Positions 17,290 through 31,003 of a stretch of DNA of 64,000 bases are shown in pieces. Both the position numbers and the translations under genes were made by a program. Position 1 is the stretch's first letter, and each line of letters begins with the position of its first letter. Location: assembly GCF_009914755.1 (NCBI RefSeq), contig NC_060925.1; one strand, 5' to 3'. The notes under the pieces were generated by a model. The model was not told the DNA's origin. It was given only the letters and a program-made list of their open reading frames with translations, and ran no database searches. Source of the stretch: the human T2T-CHM13v2.0 reference genome, Homo sapiens.

Positions 17290-17360
17290 AAAAGCAGTTG
17301 AAGAAGCAAGGCATCCTGATTTACAAGGAATAACTATTTATGTTGCACAAGATTGTACAG
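17290..17360 (+). CDS. ATG4C: ATG4C exon 6 (KAVEEARHPDLQGITIYVAQDCT)
   Basis: ttttctcAG acceptor, CAG|GTAAGG donor, 71 nt, phase 2-1. Confidence 0.97.
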
Positions 17361-17835
17361 GTAAGGAATGTATATAATTCTAATCTTTGTTTTATTTGGT
17401 CATACTTTTTATATGTGTTTAGCTTATCCCAGTAATACTGTAAATGATTATGAAGGTAGGGACCATGTCTTATACATTTTTGTTCCTAAATGTAGTAAGC
17501 ATTTAATAAAAATATTTTTTGATTGAATACATACTATGAATTTTTAGTTGCGATATTAAAATAAATTCTCAAAGAATTTCAGCATTTCAAATAACTACTT
17601 TAAAAGTGATAGGCAGGAAAATTTAACATAGGTATATACTTGGGCTGCATGTATGCTGGGAACCATTTCATTGGTGGACGTGTTTCAAGGAAAGAAAATT
17701 CTTAGTTTATCTTATGAGGAATTGAATATATTTCTCACTAATACTTCAGTAAATCATCTACTAATGATGCAGCTATTGTCCAGATTTGCTTTGTTTTATT
17801 GTTTTGGGTCTTCTTTTTGATGATCACTCTCTATA

Positions 17836-18168
17836 CAGGTTGAGTATTTTTTATCCAAAATGTTTGAGACCACAAGTGTTTCCGATTTTGTATTTTTTGG
17901 ACCTTTCAATATTTGCATGTATGTAATGAGATATCTTGGGGATGGGACTGAAGTCTAAACATGAAATTCATTTATGTTTTGTATACTCCTTATACACATA
18001 GCCTGAAGGAAATATCATACACTATTTTTAATAATTTTATGCATGAGACCAAGTTTTGACCGTGTTTTGATTGCAACCCATCACATGCAGTCACATGTAG
18101 AATTTTTCACTTGTGAAAAATGCTGTGCTCAAAAAGTTTTAGATTTTGGATTAGGAATGCTCAACCTG
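17836..18168. mobile_element. Tigger4-derived MITE
   Basis: TIRs CAGGTTGAG / CTCAACCTG, TA TSD. Confidence 0.88.
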
Positions 18169-19023
18169 TAGTAATTTTGAAACTTGTTGCGGATAAAATA
18201 GACACCTCAATTCTTAATAAATTAAAAATGGCTTAGCCACCTCATGCTGTTAAGTGTTTTTTTTACAGGAATACTGTTAACAATGATAAAATATGTTAAT
18301 GTTTTAGAAAAGTTAAATATACTTCAATCATGTTTTAATACAAGGGTATCTATAAAATGCTTAAGGTTACACTGATAACCACCTAGTGTTTGTAGTGTGT
18401 AATAATAGTTACCAAATATTCATGCGTTTTTGTTTGGCCTTGTAAAGAAAGACCAATATCCGTAATTATAGCCATAGGAAAAGAAAAGGTCTAAATTTTC
18501 AGATAAGTATATGAGTTTTGCAGGTACTATGTTTTTCAAGTAGGAAGTCTTGAAAAACATTTGCTGTGTTAAATAGTTCTAATTAAGCCTAAGGATGTAC
18601 CTAAACAAGTAATCATTAAATAAATGTATGAATTTACCTTTTGTGCTTTTATTAACACAGTCAGCCTAGATATTTGTTACATATAATTAAGCAAACATTA
18701 CAGTGTTCCTTGTTATAGAAATGGTTTGTGTAATTTGAAGAAGTTCTTAAAATTTTTATCATTCATGTTTAAGACTCCTAAAGGGAGAACTTGTATTTGT
18801 ATAATTTTTATAGACTATGAGATTAGGAATTAAGTGAGACCAGACTCTATCAGTGATTTCTTCCCCCTCTGTCTTCATTAGTGTTTTTAAAGGTTTTGTT
18901 TTCTATTTATTTTCTCTTTTTCTTATTCTGTGTTGTTTTCCTTTGTAATTGCATCTATTTTTATGGCTTTAAATACTTAGGACTATGTACTCTATACTAG
19001 GACTTTTAAAAATACATTTTTAG

Positions 19024-19311
19024 AGCCAAGCACAGTGGCTCATGCCTATAATCCCAGCACTTTGACAGGCCGAGGTCGGGGGATCACTTGAGCCCAGCAG
19101 TTCAAGACTAGCCTGGGCAGCATGGTGAAACCCTGTCACTACAAAAAATACAAAATTTAGTTGAGCATGGTGGTGACATGCCTGTAGTCCCAGCTACTCG
19201 GGAGGCTGGGGTGGGAGGATCACTTGAGCCCTGAAGGCGGAGTTGCAGTGAACTGATATTGTGCCACTGCACTCCAGCCTGGGCAACAGAGTGAGACTCT
19301 GTCTCAAAAAA
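19024..19311 (+). mobile_element. AluJ
   Basis: ggatcacttgagccc in both arms. Confidence 0.93.
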
Positions 19312-20820
19312 CATTTCTAACCCTACCTGAGTCAATATGTGATAACTTATATTTTCTGCCACCTTTCAAATATCTCCACTTACGTATTCTACAAACACTT
19401 CAAATTCAGCACGTTTAAAAGTACACTTACTGTTTCCCTCGGTCCCACCCCTTTTTCTTCCTATTTTCTCTTGACTAATAGTGGCATGTCCACATATGTA
19501 CTCAAGTAGTAAGTAGAACCCATTTATTCTTGACTGCACTTTCATTGCTTATATTATATTTAGTCAGTCAACACTTAAGAAAATGTTCCTGAAATCTGTT
19601 CTCTCATCTTCATTCTCGTTGATTTAGATCAGACCCTTATCTCTTGTTTGGACTTTAGCTTGATTTCCCTACCTGTCCTCTTTTCCCTTTTTGGTCCATC
19701 TGATCAAAAGAAACTGATCATGTCCCTTTATCTACAAACCAATGACTGCCCATTAACTCCTAGTCTCATGTTATCTTGGCATATGAAGCACAATGAAGTC
19801 CTTTATAATTTGTCCCGACCTACATTTCCAGCATCACCTTCTAACTATCTTCCATACACAGTACACTAAAATATTTTCCGCCCTCAGGCCATTCCTTAGA
19901 CATGGTGTCATTATCTTTTTTCCCCATGCCTTTGTGCATATTATTGCCTCTGCTTGGAATGCTTTTTATTATTAGAATGCCTCTTGTTAGGTCTTATTCA
20001 TTCTTCAAGAACACGCACAAAGGTTATACCTTTGGCAGTCTTTCCCAACTCTCGTTAGGCAGAATTACTTTTCCTCTGTGGTCTGTAACATTTGGAAATA
20101 CTTCTATTAAATATTGAACTTATAATTCACTTGTGATATCACCTTATAATTGTTTGTTTCTTATATATAATATCAATGATTGTTGAGGTAGCAGGCGTAG
20201 AAGTAAGGTATCAGAATCATTTGGTTGAGATTCGCTGCTGTAATGAGCCTCTGTTACAGAATTGGACTATGTCATATACCTTACATATATATTGGAAGTG
20301 AAGGAAAAACACCAAACATTTGGGCTAGACAGTGTTTGAAGTCAGGATCTTATTTATTTTATACCTCTCTAGTGTAGAACACATAAATAAATTGCAGGTC
20401 CTCAATAAATGTGTGTCGAATGAAGATGAAGGGTAAGAATGCAATCTCTATCCCGATGAGGGAGAACTACCATGGCATTTTTGTAGCTTTGGTTTCAATT
20501 GACTATGGGAGATAGGGGAGTTAGGTGATGAGAAGAATTTGATAGCTCAGTCTAAATTTGGAATTTAAAGGAAAGAACTGGGACAGAAGTGGCAGAATTT
20601 CCTATTCGGCTCTTCTGGGAAGATCAGAAGAGTTTCATTCAACTGACAAGGAGTATGGGTGTAAAGTATGTTTTGAATAAAACTACTTTAATTTGAATAA
20701 AATAAAATTTTGTCTATATTTGCTTCTACCAGATCCTCCTATTTTCTCTTGAACTGTGGTACTTAGACTGTCATACCCACCATCATACCAGAACTGCTCT
20801 TTTCTCTTTCTCTCTCTCTC

Positions 20821-21478
<658 letters not shown>

Positions 21479-22029
21479 TCAGTCCTCATATCACACAATC
21501 TATCAGTAGCATTTGACACCGTTGACTCTTTCCTCTTCCTCCTTACAACACTTTGTTTACTTGATTTCTGGACACTACTCTGTAGATTTTCCCTCTGCCT
21601 CCTTATTCACTCCTTCACAGCCTGGTTTGTTGGTTTTTCCTCATCTCCTTGATCTCTAAAAATGTCATGTTTTAGTGCTCAGCCTTTAGACTTCATCTCA
21701 TCTTTTTTTCTGTCTATACTGATTTGAATTCACCAAGTCTTGTGGCTTTATAATGCAGATAGTAATCTGCATGTTGGTAACTCCCAAATTGATAGGTCCA
21801 TTCTAGTCCTCTCTCTAAACTCCAGTTGCGTGTCCCTGTCTACTCAACCTTTCTGTTTACCTAACAAGTATCTCAAACTGAATTCCCAATTCTCCCTCCT
21901 ATATTTTCCCCTCCTCCAGTCTTCCATGTCTTTATAAATGGCAACTTTCTTACTCTGTTTGCTTAAACCAAAACCCTTCAAATCACCTGTGACTCAATTT
22001 TTTCTCTCACATCTTACATTTAATAGTGA

Positions 22030-22363
<334 letters not shown>

Positions 22364-22380
22364 TGATCACCTCTACGTGA

Positions 22381-22685
<305 letters not shown>

Positions 22686-22739
22686 GACCATTCCCTATTT
22701 TTACAGTTACTACCTTTGTTCAAACCACCATCATCTCTT

Positions 22740-23030
22740 TTTTTCTTTCTTTTTTTTTTTAATTTAAGTTCTAGGGTACATGTACGCAACGTGCAGGTTT
22801 GTTACATATGTATATATGTGTCATGTTGGTGTGCTCCACCCATTAACTCATCATTTACATTAGATGTATCTCCTAATGCTATCCCTCCCCCCTCCCCCTA
22901 CCCCACAACAGGCCCTGGTGTGTGATGTTCCCCACCCTGTGTCCAAATGTTCTCATTGTTCAGTTCCCACCTATGAGTGAGAACATGCGGTATTTGGTTT
23001 TCTGTCCTTGCAATAGTTTGCTCATAATGG
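22740..23030 (-). mobile_element. L1PA 3' UTR fragment
   Basis: aagttctagggtacatg...; TSD CCACCATCATCTCTT on both sides. Confidence 0.93.
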
Positions 23031-23804
23031 AAAGCCACCATCATCTCTTGCTGGATAACTGCAGCGGCTTTGTAACTGTTCTCTGTGCTTTAGCCCTTGC
23101 CCCTGTAGCCTATTTTGGTTTTAGAGTAAAATGAAAGCAAGTTTATTAAGTAAGTAAAGGAATAAAAAAGTTGCTACTCCATAGGCAGAGCAGCCCCTTG
23201 CCTATACAGTCTATTATGAACACAGGAAACAGGCTGTTAAACTGTGAGTCAGATTAGGACATCCCTAAAAAATTCTTCAATGGCTTCCCATCATTGAAAA
23301 ACTGGTCTTTACAATGGCTTTCAAGAGCTCACACAATCTGTCTTCATTCTCCCCTATAACTATAATCGTATCTTCTAATCCCATTTTTGCTACTGTACCC
23401 CTTGTTTACTTCCCTCCAGAAGACTGGCATCTTGTTCCTGGGACATGCTAATTATACTTCTGCCTTAAGATACTCGCACTTTTTGATCTTTTAACTTGGA
23501 ATGCTTTTCCCCTAGGTATCTGTCTGTATTACTTGGTTTCTTTCTTTTGGTCTTGATTCAAATATTACTTTCTCATAAGGTCTTCCCTGGCCACCTTATT
23601 TTAAATTGCCTCCCCCTCAGCATTTCCTGTTCACTCTTCTCTCTTTGTTTTTTCAAAGCATGCATCACCATCTCTATTTCCTCCATTAGCATGCATGCTC
23701 AAGAAGAGTGGGAATTTTTCTGTTTTGCCTGCTGCTGAAGGCCCAGTGTCATATAGTAGCTAGCTATCAATAAGTATCTATTGAATACATAAATCAGGTA
23801 GGTA

Positions 23805-25038
23805 TTTTTTTTAAACTTTTATTTTAGGTTCAGGGGTACATGTGGTACTTGTTAGATAGGTAAACTTATGTCACGGGGGTTTGTTGTACAGATTATTTCA
23901 TCACCCAGGTATTAAGCCTGGTACCCAGTAGTTATTTTTTCTGCTCCTCTCTCTCCTCCACCCTCCATCCTCAAGTAGACCCGAGTGTCTGTTGTTCCCT
24001 TCTTTGTGTTCATGAGTTCTAATCATTTAGCTCCTACTTTTAAGTGAGAACATGCAGTATTTGGTTTTCTGTTCCTGTGTTAGTTTGCTAAGGATAATGG
24101 CCTCCAGCTCCAACCATGTTGCCACAAAAGACATGATCTCATTCTTTTTTATGGCTGCATAGTATTCCATGGTGTATATGTACCACATTTTCTTAACTGT
24201 GAGATGGGCACTTAGGTTGATTCTGTGTCTTTGCTATTGTGAATAGTGCTGCAGTGAACATTCGTGTGCATGTGTCTTTATGGTAGAATGATTTATATTT
24301 TCCTGGGTATATACCCAGTAATCATTGCTAGGTCAAATGGTAGTTTTGTTTTTAGCTCTTTGAGGAATTGCTATACTGCTTTCTACAAATGGTTAAACTA
24401 ATCTACACTCCCACCAGTGGTGTATGAGTATTCCCTTTTCTCCACAACCTCGCCAGCATCTGTTATCTTTTGACTTTTTAATAATAGCCATTCTGACTGG
24501 TGTGAGATGGTATCTCATTGTGCTTTTGATTTGCATTTCTCTAATGATCAGTGGTATTGAGCTTTTTTTAATACGCTTATTGGCTACATGTATATCTTCT
24601 TTTGAAAAGTGTCTTTTCATGTCCTTTGCCCACATTTTAATGGGGTTGTTTGTTTTTCTCTTGTAAATTTGTTTAAGTTCCTTACAGATGCTGGATATTA
24701 GACTTTTGTCAGATGTATAGTTTGCAAATATTTTCTCACATTCAATAGGTTATCTGTTTACTATTTTGATAGTTTCTTTTGCTGTGCAGAAACTCTTAAG
24801 TTTAATTAGATCCCATTTGTCAATTTTCGCTTTTGTTGCGATTGTTTTCGGTATCTTTGTCATGAAATCTTTGCCTGTTCCTATGTCCAGGATGGTATTG
24901 CCTAGGTTGTCTTCTAGGGTTTTTATAGTTTTGAGTTTTACATTTAAGTCTTTAATCCATCTTGAGTTGATTTTTATATATGGTGTAAGGAAGTGGTCCA
25001 GCTTCAGTCTTCTGTGTATGGCTAGCCAGTTATCCTAG
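23805..25038 (-). mobile_element. Older L1PA 3' portion
   Basis: Minus [24 protein letters not shown] (ORF2 C-terminal); TSD-like GGTATTTTT. Confidence 0.93.
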
Positions 25039-25189
25039 TGGTATTTTTAACTTACTAAGACATTTCTGGTGATGCCAGAGATGAGATAGCTGGCTGTCCA
25101 TTGCGGGGTGGAGGATAAATTTGGGTAAAAATATTTCTGAAAATCGCTTTTATATAAAATTTAATACATATTCATTATGTTTTTCTCAG

Positions 25190-25326
25190 TTTACAATTCT
25201 GATGTAATTGATAAACAGAGTGCTTCCATGACTTCTGATAATGCAGATGACAAAGCTGTTATTATTCTAGTTCCTGTTAGACTTGGTGGAGAAAGAACCA
25301 ACACCGACTACTTAGAATTTGTGAAG
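25190..25326 (+). CDS. ATG4C: ATG4C exon 7 (VYNSDVIDK...IILVPVRLGGERTNTDYLEFVK)
   Basis: ttttctcAG acceptor, AAG|GTATGA donor, 137 nt, phase 1-0; PVRLG motif. Confidence 0.97.
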
Positions 25327-26772
25327 GTATGAAATAAGTGCTGAACTTTTTTAGGGCAATACTAGCTAATATGAAAAATATAGAAGGTTTGCAATTTTTT
25401 TCTGTTAAATGAGTAGTGATGATTTTGTAGTTGTACGTTGTACGTTGTAAAGTTTGACATTAGAGATTTTAAATTTTGGTATTATAAGACCAATGTGAGT
25501 TGAAGAGCACAGTGTTCTATAACAAAATGAAAAGCCTTTTAATCTTTGTAGCTAATCAGGGAGACACAGATGCAGCAATAATCATAACCTGTAATATAGT
25601 TACAGTTTCATTATTCTTATTTGTAATTTTAAGTATATATCTTTATTCATAAAACTAGCATTAAACTACATCACATTAATTATTGAAAAAACTCTCTATT
25701 ACTGCTATGTTATCTCATAATATGTTTCCTGTGACACCATGATGTCAATAAGAGATGAGATTATTTCTATAGCTAGAAATAATGAAGATATGAAGATAGT
25801 ATTTGGAGGAATTCCAACTTTGTTTTTTTCATCTTAACCAGTTAAAAATCAGTTCTTTCTTGGAGCACATTGTTTGGTTTCTTGCTTCAAAAGAACCTGT
25901 GTAGTTATGGTATCTTGTTTTGGGCACCAAGACATTCACATATGATAAAATACCTTGGAAATAGTTTCTGATTAAGGCAGAAGTTTTTAGTTTATTTTCA
26001 TAGTTTCAATAAAATTCTTCATTTTTTAGTAGTCTCTTTTTGCAGCAATAGTTGGAATTCTTCTTTAAATGGAGTGTTATGGGATATAGTAATGTTGAAA
26101 TAAAGTCTGAATCTATCTTTTATGATTAATAACTATTTGTTCCCTCCATGAGGCATCCCATGTTATAGTCTCTATATATTTAGTTGGAACATCTATTCTC
26201 AGGGTAGATTGTGCTAATTCTAGAAATCTAGAGCAGTTGTTTTTAACATATGATATACATGGAAGTTTTTTAGCTGGTATACTGGCTTTTCTTAATAGTT
26301 ACTAAAATTTTGGAAGCACATTTGTTACTAAGAGTAACAATACTGTAATATATCAATGACATATTAATCTTCCAAATAAAGGTAAGGTTTTGATGTCTGA
26401 CATGTATCTTTAGTAGGGTTATTGGTGCAGTATGAGAAGCTGTGAACCACTTCATCTAGAGAATCTGTTGAGGGTTTTGAGACTTCTGACATGTTGTCAT
26501 CTCTAGGTGGGTTCTAATCAAATCTGAACTGGATTCTTTTTTGCCTTCTCTACTACCATGAGAAGATTAGAAACTGATGCAGTCTTGGAACTGATTCCTT
26601 TAGCCAAAGCTTCATTCCTGGTGGAATGGGTTGCAAATGGCTTCAGGCATGTTTCATCTGGCTGAGGACTTTGCTATTTGGTGGTATTGATAGTATTCAT
26701 TAGATGGTCTCACTGCCTAATGCTCTTGAGTGATTCATGGTTAATAGCTTGACCATGGTTTGTAGTGAAATG

Positions 26773-26927
26773 TAGCATCCTGCTACATTGTATGAGGAGA
26801 AGGAAATTTGATGTGTGTTTTATTGGTCCTTACCACAGGAGGTTTATTTATTTATATTTTTTTAAGGACCTGGAATGAGGAAAATCCAGTATGTTCTTTT
26901 TCTTCAGCAAGACAAATTAGGACTTTT
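26773..26927 (+). repeat. ~155-bp local direct duplication, copy 1
   Basis: Closely matches 27620-27782. Confidence 0.95.
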
Positions 26928-27619
26928 CTTTTTGTAGTGAAATGAACTATGGTTAAGCTGTTAAAGTGAAGCCTCAGTATCTAACATATAGGAGTTACTC
27001 AATACATATTTGTTAACCCTAATTTGTATAATACTTTTCAATGTAAATTTATCTCATTTTGCCCTCACAGTAGCTAGGAACTGGATTGTCTTTATGAAAC
27101 AGAAAAGACATAGAGAAGTCAAGTGATATATCCAAATTCAGATAGCAAACTGGTAGCAGAGACTAGACTTTTCTTGACTGTAAGTTTGTTTTTCATGGTT
27201 TTCTCTAAAACATGAACTTTTTGAAAGGTAACATTTTCTCGAGCTTTTACTAACTTGATTTACACCGTAGTCCACTACAGTGGGAGAGCAGTGACTATTG
27301 AAACATTTTGATTTTCCAGTTAGGTAAAAATGGCTGAAATGGTTAAGTGGAGTAGGTTATATGATAGGTATTATGTTTGGCCAGAGGGGATGGTTGAGTC
27401 AAACCCCAATGAGAGCATGTAAAGAGGTATTCACTTAGAAGTGAAAAGGTAGTGTGTTCATTAGCCCTAAAAGAAAAATAATTTTTTCCTTTTTTTCATG
27501 TATGGTCAGCCGTTGTATTTTTTCCTGCCAAACCAATGTGCGTTGGTGAGTCTAAAATGTACTGTTCAGTTCTATTTTTCAAATTTATTAAACAAGGTAT
27601 TTCAGAGATAGTGCCAACA

Positions 27620-27782
27620 TAGCATCCTGCTACATTGTATGAGAAGAAGGAAATTTGTTGTGTGCTTTATTCGTCCTTACCACAGGAGGTTTATTTATGT
27701 ATGTATGTATGTATTTTTAAGGACCTGGAATGAGGAAAATCCAATATGTTCTTTTTCTTCAGTGAGACAAATTAGGACTTTT
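27620..27782 (+). repeat. ~155-bp local direct duplication, copy 2
   Basis: Same sequence with a few substitutions and a (TATG)n expansion. Confidence 0.95.
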
Positions 27783-28446
27783 TTTTTTGACTGATTACTT
27801 CAGTCTTATTTATTGCTTCATGGATACAGCTCAATAAATTTTCACCACTAGAAAAATAACTGTAAAGAAGCTCTTTTAGGAACTGAAAAGTGTTTCAATC
27901 CAAAGATACAGCCTCTTACATGTAAAGGCATTCTAGCTCCTAATCTGCTTCTAAGCGTTTATTACTAAACTTGCTCTAATGCGTTGCAAGGGAAATACAG
28001 ATGTCAAGAACCAAAGTCTTTCTTCCGTTACTTAGAACCATTCATTTTCTGAGGAGAGTCAGTGACAATCCTTGCTATATATTTTTTTCTTTCTTTTCTC
28101 AGTTGTAAGAGACATAGAACTTTCACTGCCTCACAGGTCTCTATGATATAAACATTGCATTTCAACTGATCAGACTGCCTCGAAGTAAGGCACTCTCTAA
28201 TTGTATTAAGGATTTTTATTTAGGGGGAAAACAGTAGAATTCTTAATTGATAAGTAACTTTATTACTGTTTAGTGAGATTTTTGATACAATTTTGTCTTT
28301 ATTTTTAGTTAGCTCTAAGATTTTAACCTGATATGCTTTCTCTGTTTAATTTTTTCAGTTGCAGCTCTCATTCAGTTTATCATTTCAGAAAAAACTTCAT
28401 GATATTTTTACAATACTAAGAATATACAAGGTTGTTCTTTAGAGGG

Positions 28447-28883
28447 TGTCCGAGTCCATTTTTTGCTGCTGTAACAGAATACTGGAGACTGAGTAATTTA
28501 TAGAGAACAGAAATTTATTCTCTCACAGTTCTGGAGGATGGGAAATCTAAGATCAAGGCACTGGCATCTGATGAAGGTCTCCTTGCTGCGCTCTCACATG
28601 GTGGAAGACAGAAGGGCCGAAAGAGGGCGAACTCTGTCCTCACGTGGCAGAGGAGCAGGAGAGAGAAACCATTCCTGCAAGTCCTTTTTATAGCAACATT
28701 GAGATTTTTGATACAATTTTATCTTTATTTTTAGTTAGCTCTAAGATTTTAACCTGATATTCATGCAAGCTCTGCCCTCATGACCTAAACACCTCCCCAA
28801 AGGCTCCAGCTTTCAACACTACATTGGGGATTAAGTTCCCACACATGAATTTTGGAGGGAATAAAAATGTTCAAACTATAGTG
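28447..28883. mobile_element. ERVL-MaLR solo LTR (MST/MLT1A group)
   Basis: tgtc.gagtccatt..tgctgctgtaacagaatac...ctcacagttctggagg; 5-bp TSD GAGGG 28442-28446 / 28884-28888. Confidence 0.88.
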
Positions 28884-30188
28884 GAGGGTTACTTATAACA
28901 GTGAGAACTTGGAATGACTTAAATATTTATAGTGGAGGTTTTAAAGCACATTTTGTTGTCATAAAATAGAATATTTTTCAGCTACTACATATTATTAATA
29001 TAGATCTCTATTTATTGATAGGAAAAGATATTCATGACATAATGAGCAACAAAAGGTTACAATGGCATGTGTTGTGAGATTTCACATATATAAAATTGTA
29101 TTTGTAAATCTGTGTGTGTATGTATGTAATGTAGACAGATGTTAAGAAGGTGTTCCCCCAAATATTAATAATGATGAGCTCTGGGTGTTGGAATTTGGGA
29201 AAAGTTTCACTTTTTTCTGTATTTCCTGTATGTGTGTGTGTTCTGTATGGTTTGGTTACTTGTTAAAGGAAAAAGAACGTTTGTCCATATATTTATTTTT
29301 ATATCTTAGAGATTTCAAAACATCCTCTCATTTAAGAGAAGGAAAGCTTAATTATTGTTTAATAGTTTTGGGATTTTATAACCTATACTTTATCATTATT
29401 AGTGTTTTATAGGATATATCAAAATTATTGCAGGAACTGTTGTTAAGACATTAATTGATTCCACTAGACATTTTAAACTTACTCAATTGGACATGTTTTT
29501 AAAAAGATATAGAGTTGATTTGGCCTAACTTAAATAGAGTTCTGCTTAGAATAGATTGCTGAGGGGTGTATTAAATAATTTATTGTGGTATTCCTGATAT
29601 TTTATGATTAGTAAAATAAATTGGCTTTAAATGCAATAATTATTATTTTCATTGGATTAAGTTATTTTCATTACTCTTTATTTCAAATGAAGTAGCATAA
29701 AAAATTTGAGTGAATGCCATTGATTAGAAAATGGCTTTCAATTTGTGATTCTAAGACTCAAGGTTCAATGAAAACAGCAGTAAGGACTAAGAACTATCTT
29801 TAGCATTTCAAAAAGCCTGACGAAAATTTTACGTTGATCACAGTGAAGCTGCACCAGCTAACTGGAAGGCTAAGTGTATTGGCTTTGGCAGGAATTTTAT
29901 TGCCTTACGGTGGTAAAATTGATTATCTCTCTATGTAGTAGTTGTTTAATGTTGTTGAGCAACACGCTGATCAAAATATTTGATTTGTCATGTTAATGTT
30001 GAGTGATTTAAAGAAAAGGAAGGCAGTTTGGAAGACAAGTGGATTTCAGAACCTGGGTGCAAATGTAATATAAATGATAACTGGTAGTGGTAAATTTGGG
30101 AGCTACTAATATTAGTAATAGAAATTTGTTTGCTTTGAATAATTACCACTTGCCTCTTGACTAAATCTGTATTAATTTTTTTTGGCAG

Positions 30189-30267
30189 GGTATTTTAAGC
30201 CTGGAATATTGTGTGGGTATTATTGGTGGCAAACCTAAACAGTCATATTACTTTGCTGGATTTCAAG
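30189..30267 (+). CDS. ATG4C: ATG4C exon 8 (GILSLEYCVGIIGGKPKQSYYFAGFQ)
   Basis: T8-ggcAG acceptor, AAG|GTTAGT donor, 79 nt, phase 0-1; GIIGGKP regulatory-loop motif. Confidence 0.98.
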
Positions 30268-30926
30268 GTTAGTGATTTAGTAAAATATATTTCTTCATTG
30301 TTTTCTTTTAAAAGTCAGAAAGTTAATATGAGATCATCTGGAAACAGGATGATTAACAGAGCAAAACGAGTACCTTATACATTCATCAGTCCTACTATAG
30401 CCACTCATTTGTCATTTGGTCCACAACATAATTAGATTCTGTAAAATATATGTTTAATTTCTGTTACTGCATAAACAAGGCATAATTTATTGGTTGCGCT
30501 AAACTTCAGAAAACATCACTGCCACATTCTGGCAGTTGCTGTTTACATATTTACTTTTTACCAGTTTTAGTGGTGCAAGTAGATGATAAAATGACAAGCA
30601 ATATGTTCTTCCTGTCAAGATAAAGAAGTGCAATACATTTTTCATATGCAAACTGTAGAATATAATTGTGTGTTTGTGAAAGCAATTTTATCACCAAAAA
30701 TTAAATGACAGTCTCATCACTTTATAAAAATTCTGCTTATACAAGCATATTTGATTATGCAAAAGTTAATCTATCCTGTGCAAACCTATGTTTCAGTCAA
30801 TGAATATCAGTCTGGCAAGCTGTTACTCCCAGATTTTTTTCAGCTGTTCTACATAGAAATTGGATTGTAAGCAGTGTAATAATAAGGTGTTTTTTGAATT
30901 ACTTGTCTTCTGTTTTGTCCTTGTAG

Positions 30927-31003
30927 ATGACAGTTTGATTTACATGGATCCTCATTACTGCCAATCTTTTGTAGATGTCAGCATAAAGGATTTCCCTCTT
31001 GAG
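30927..31003 (+). CDS. ATG4C: ATG4C exon 9, catalytic Asp345/His347 (DDSLIYMDPHYCQSFVDVSIKDFPLE)
   Basis: ttgtccttgtAG acceptor, GAG|GTACTG donor, 77 nt, phase 1-0; DPH codons 30947-30955. Confidence 0.98.

Noticed and set aside
26440-26760. Moderately GC-richer intronic stretch as a processed pseudogene or ncRNA
   Set aside because: No ORF, box motifs, poly-A or TSD recognisable; cannot support a call.
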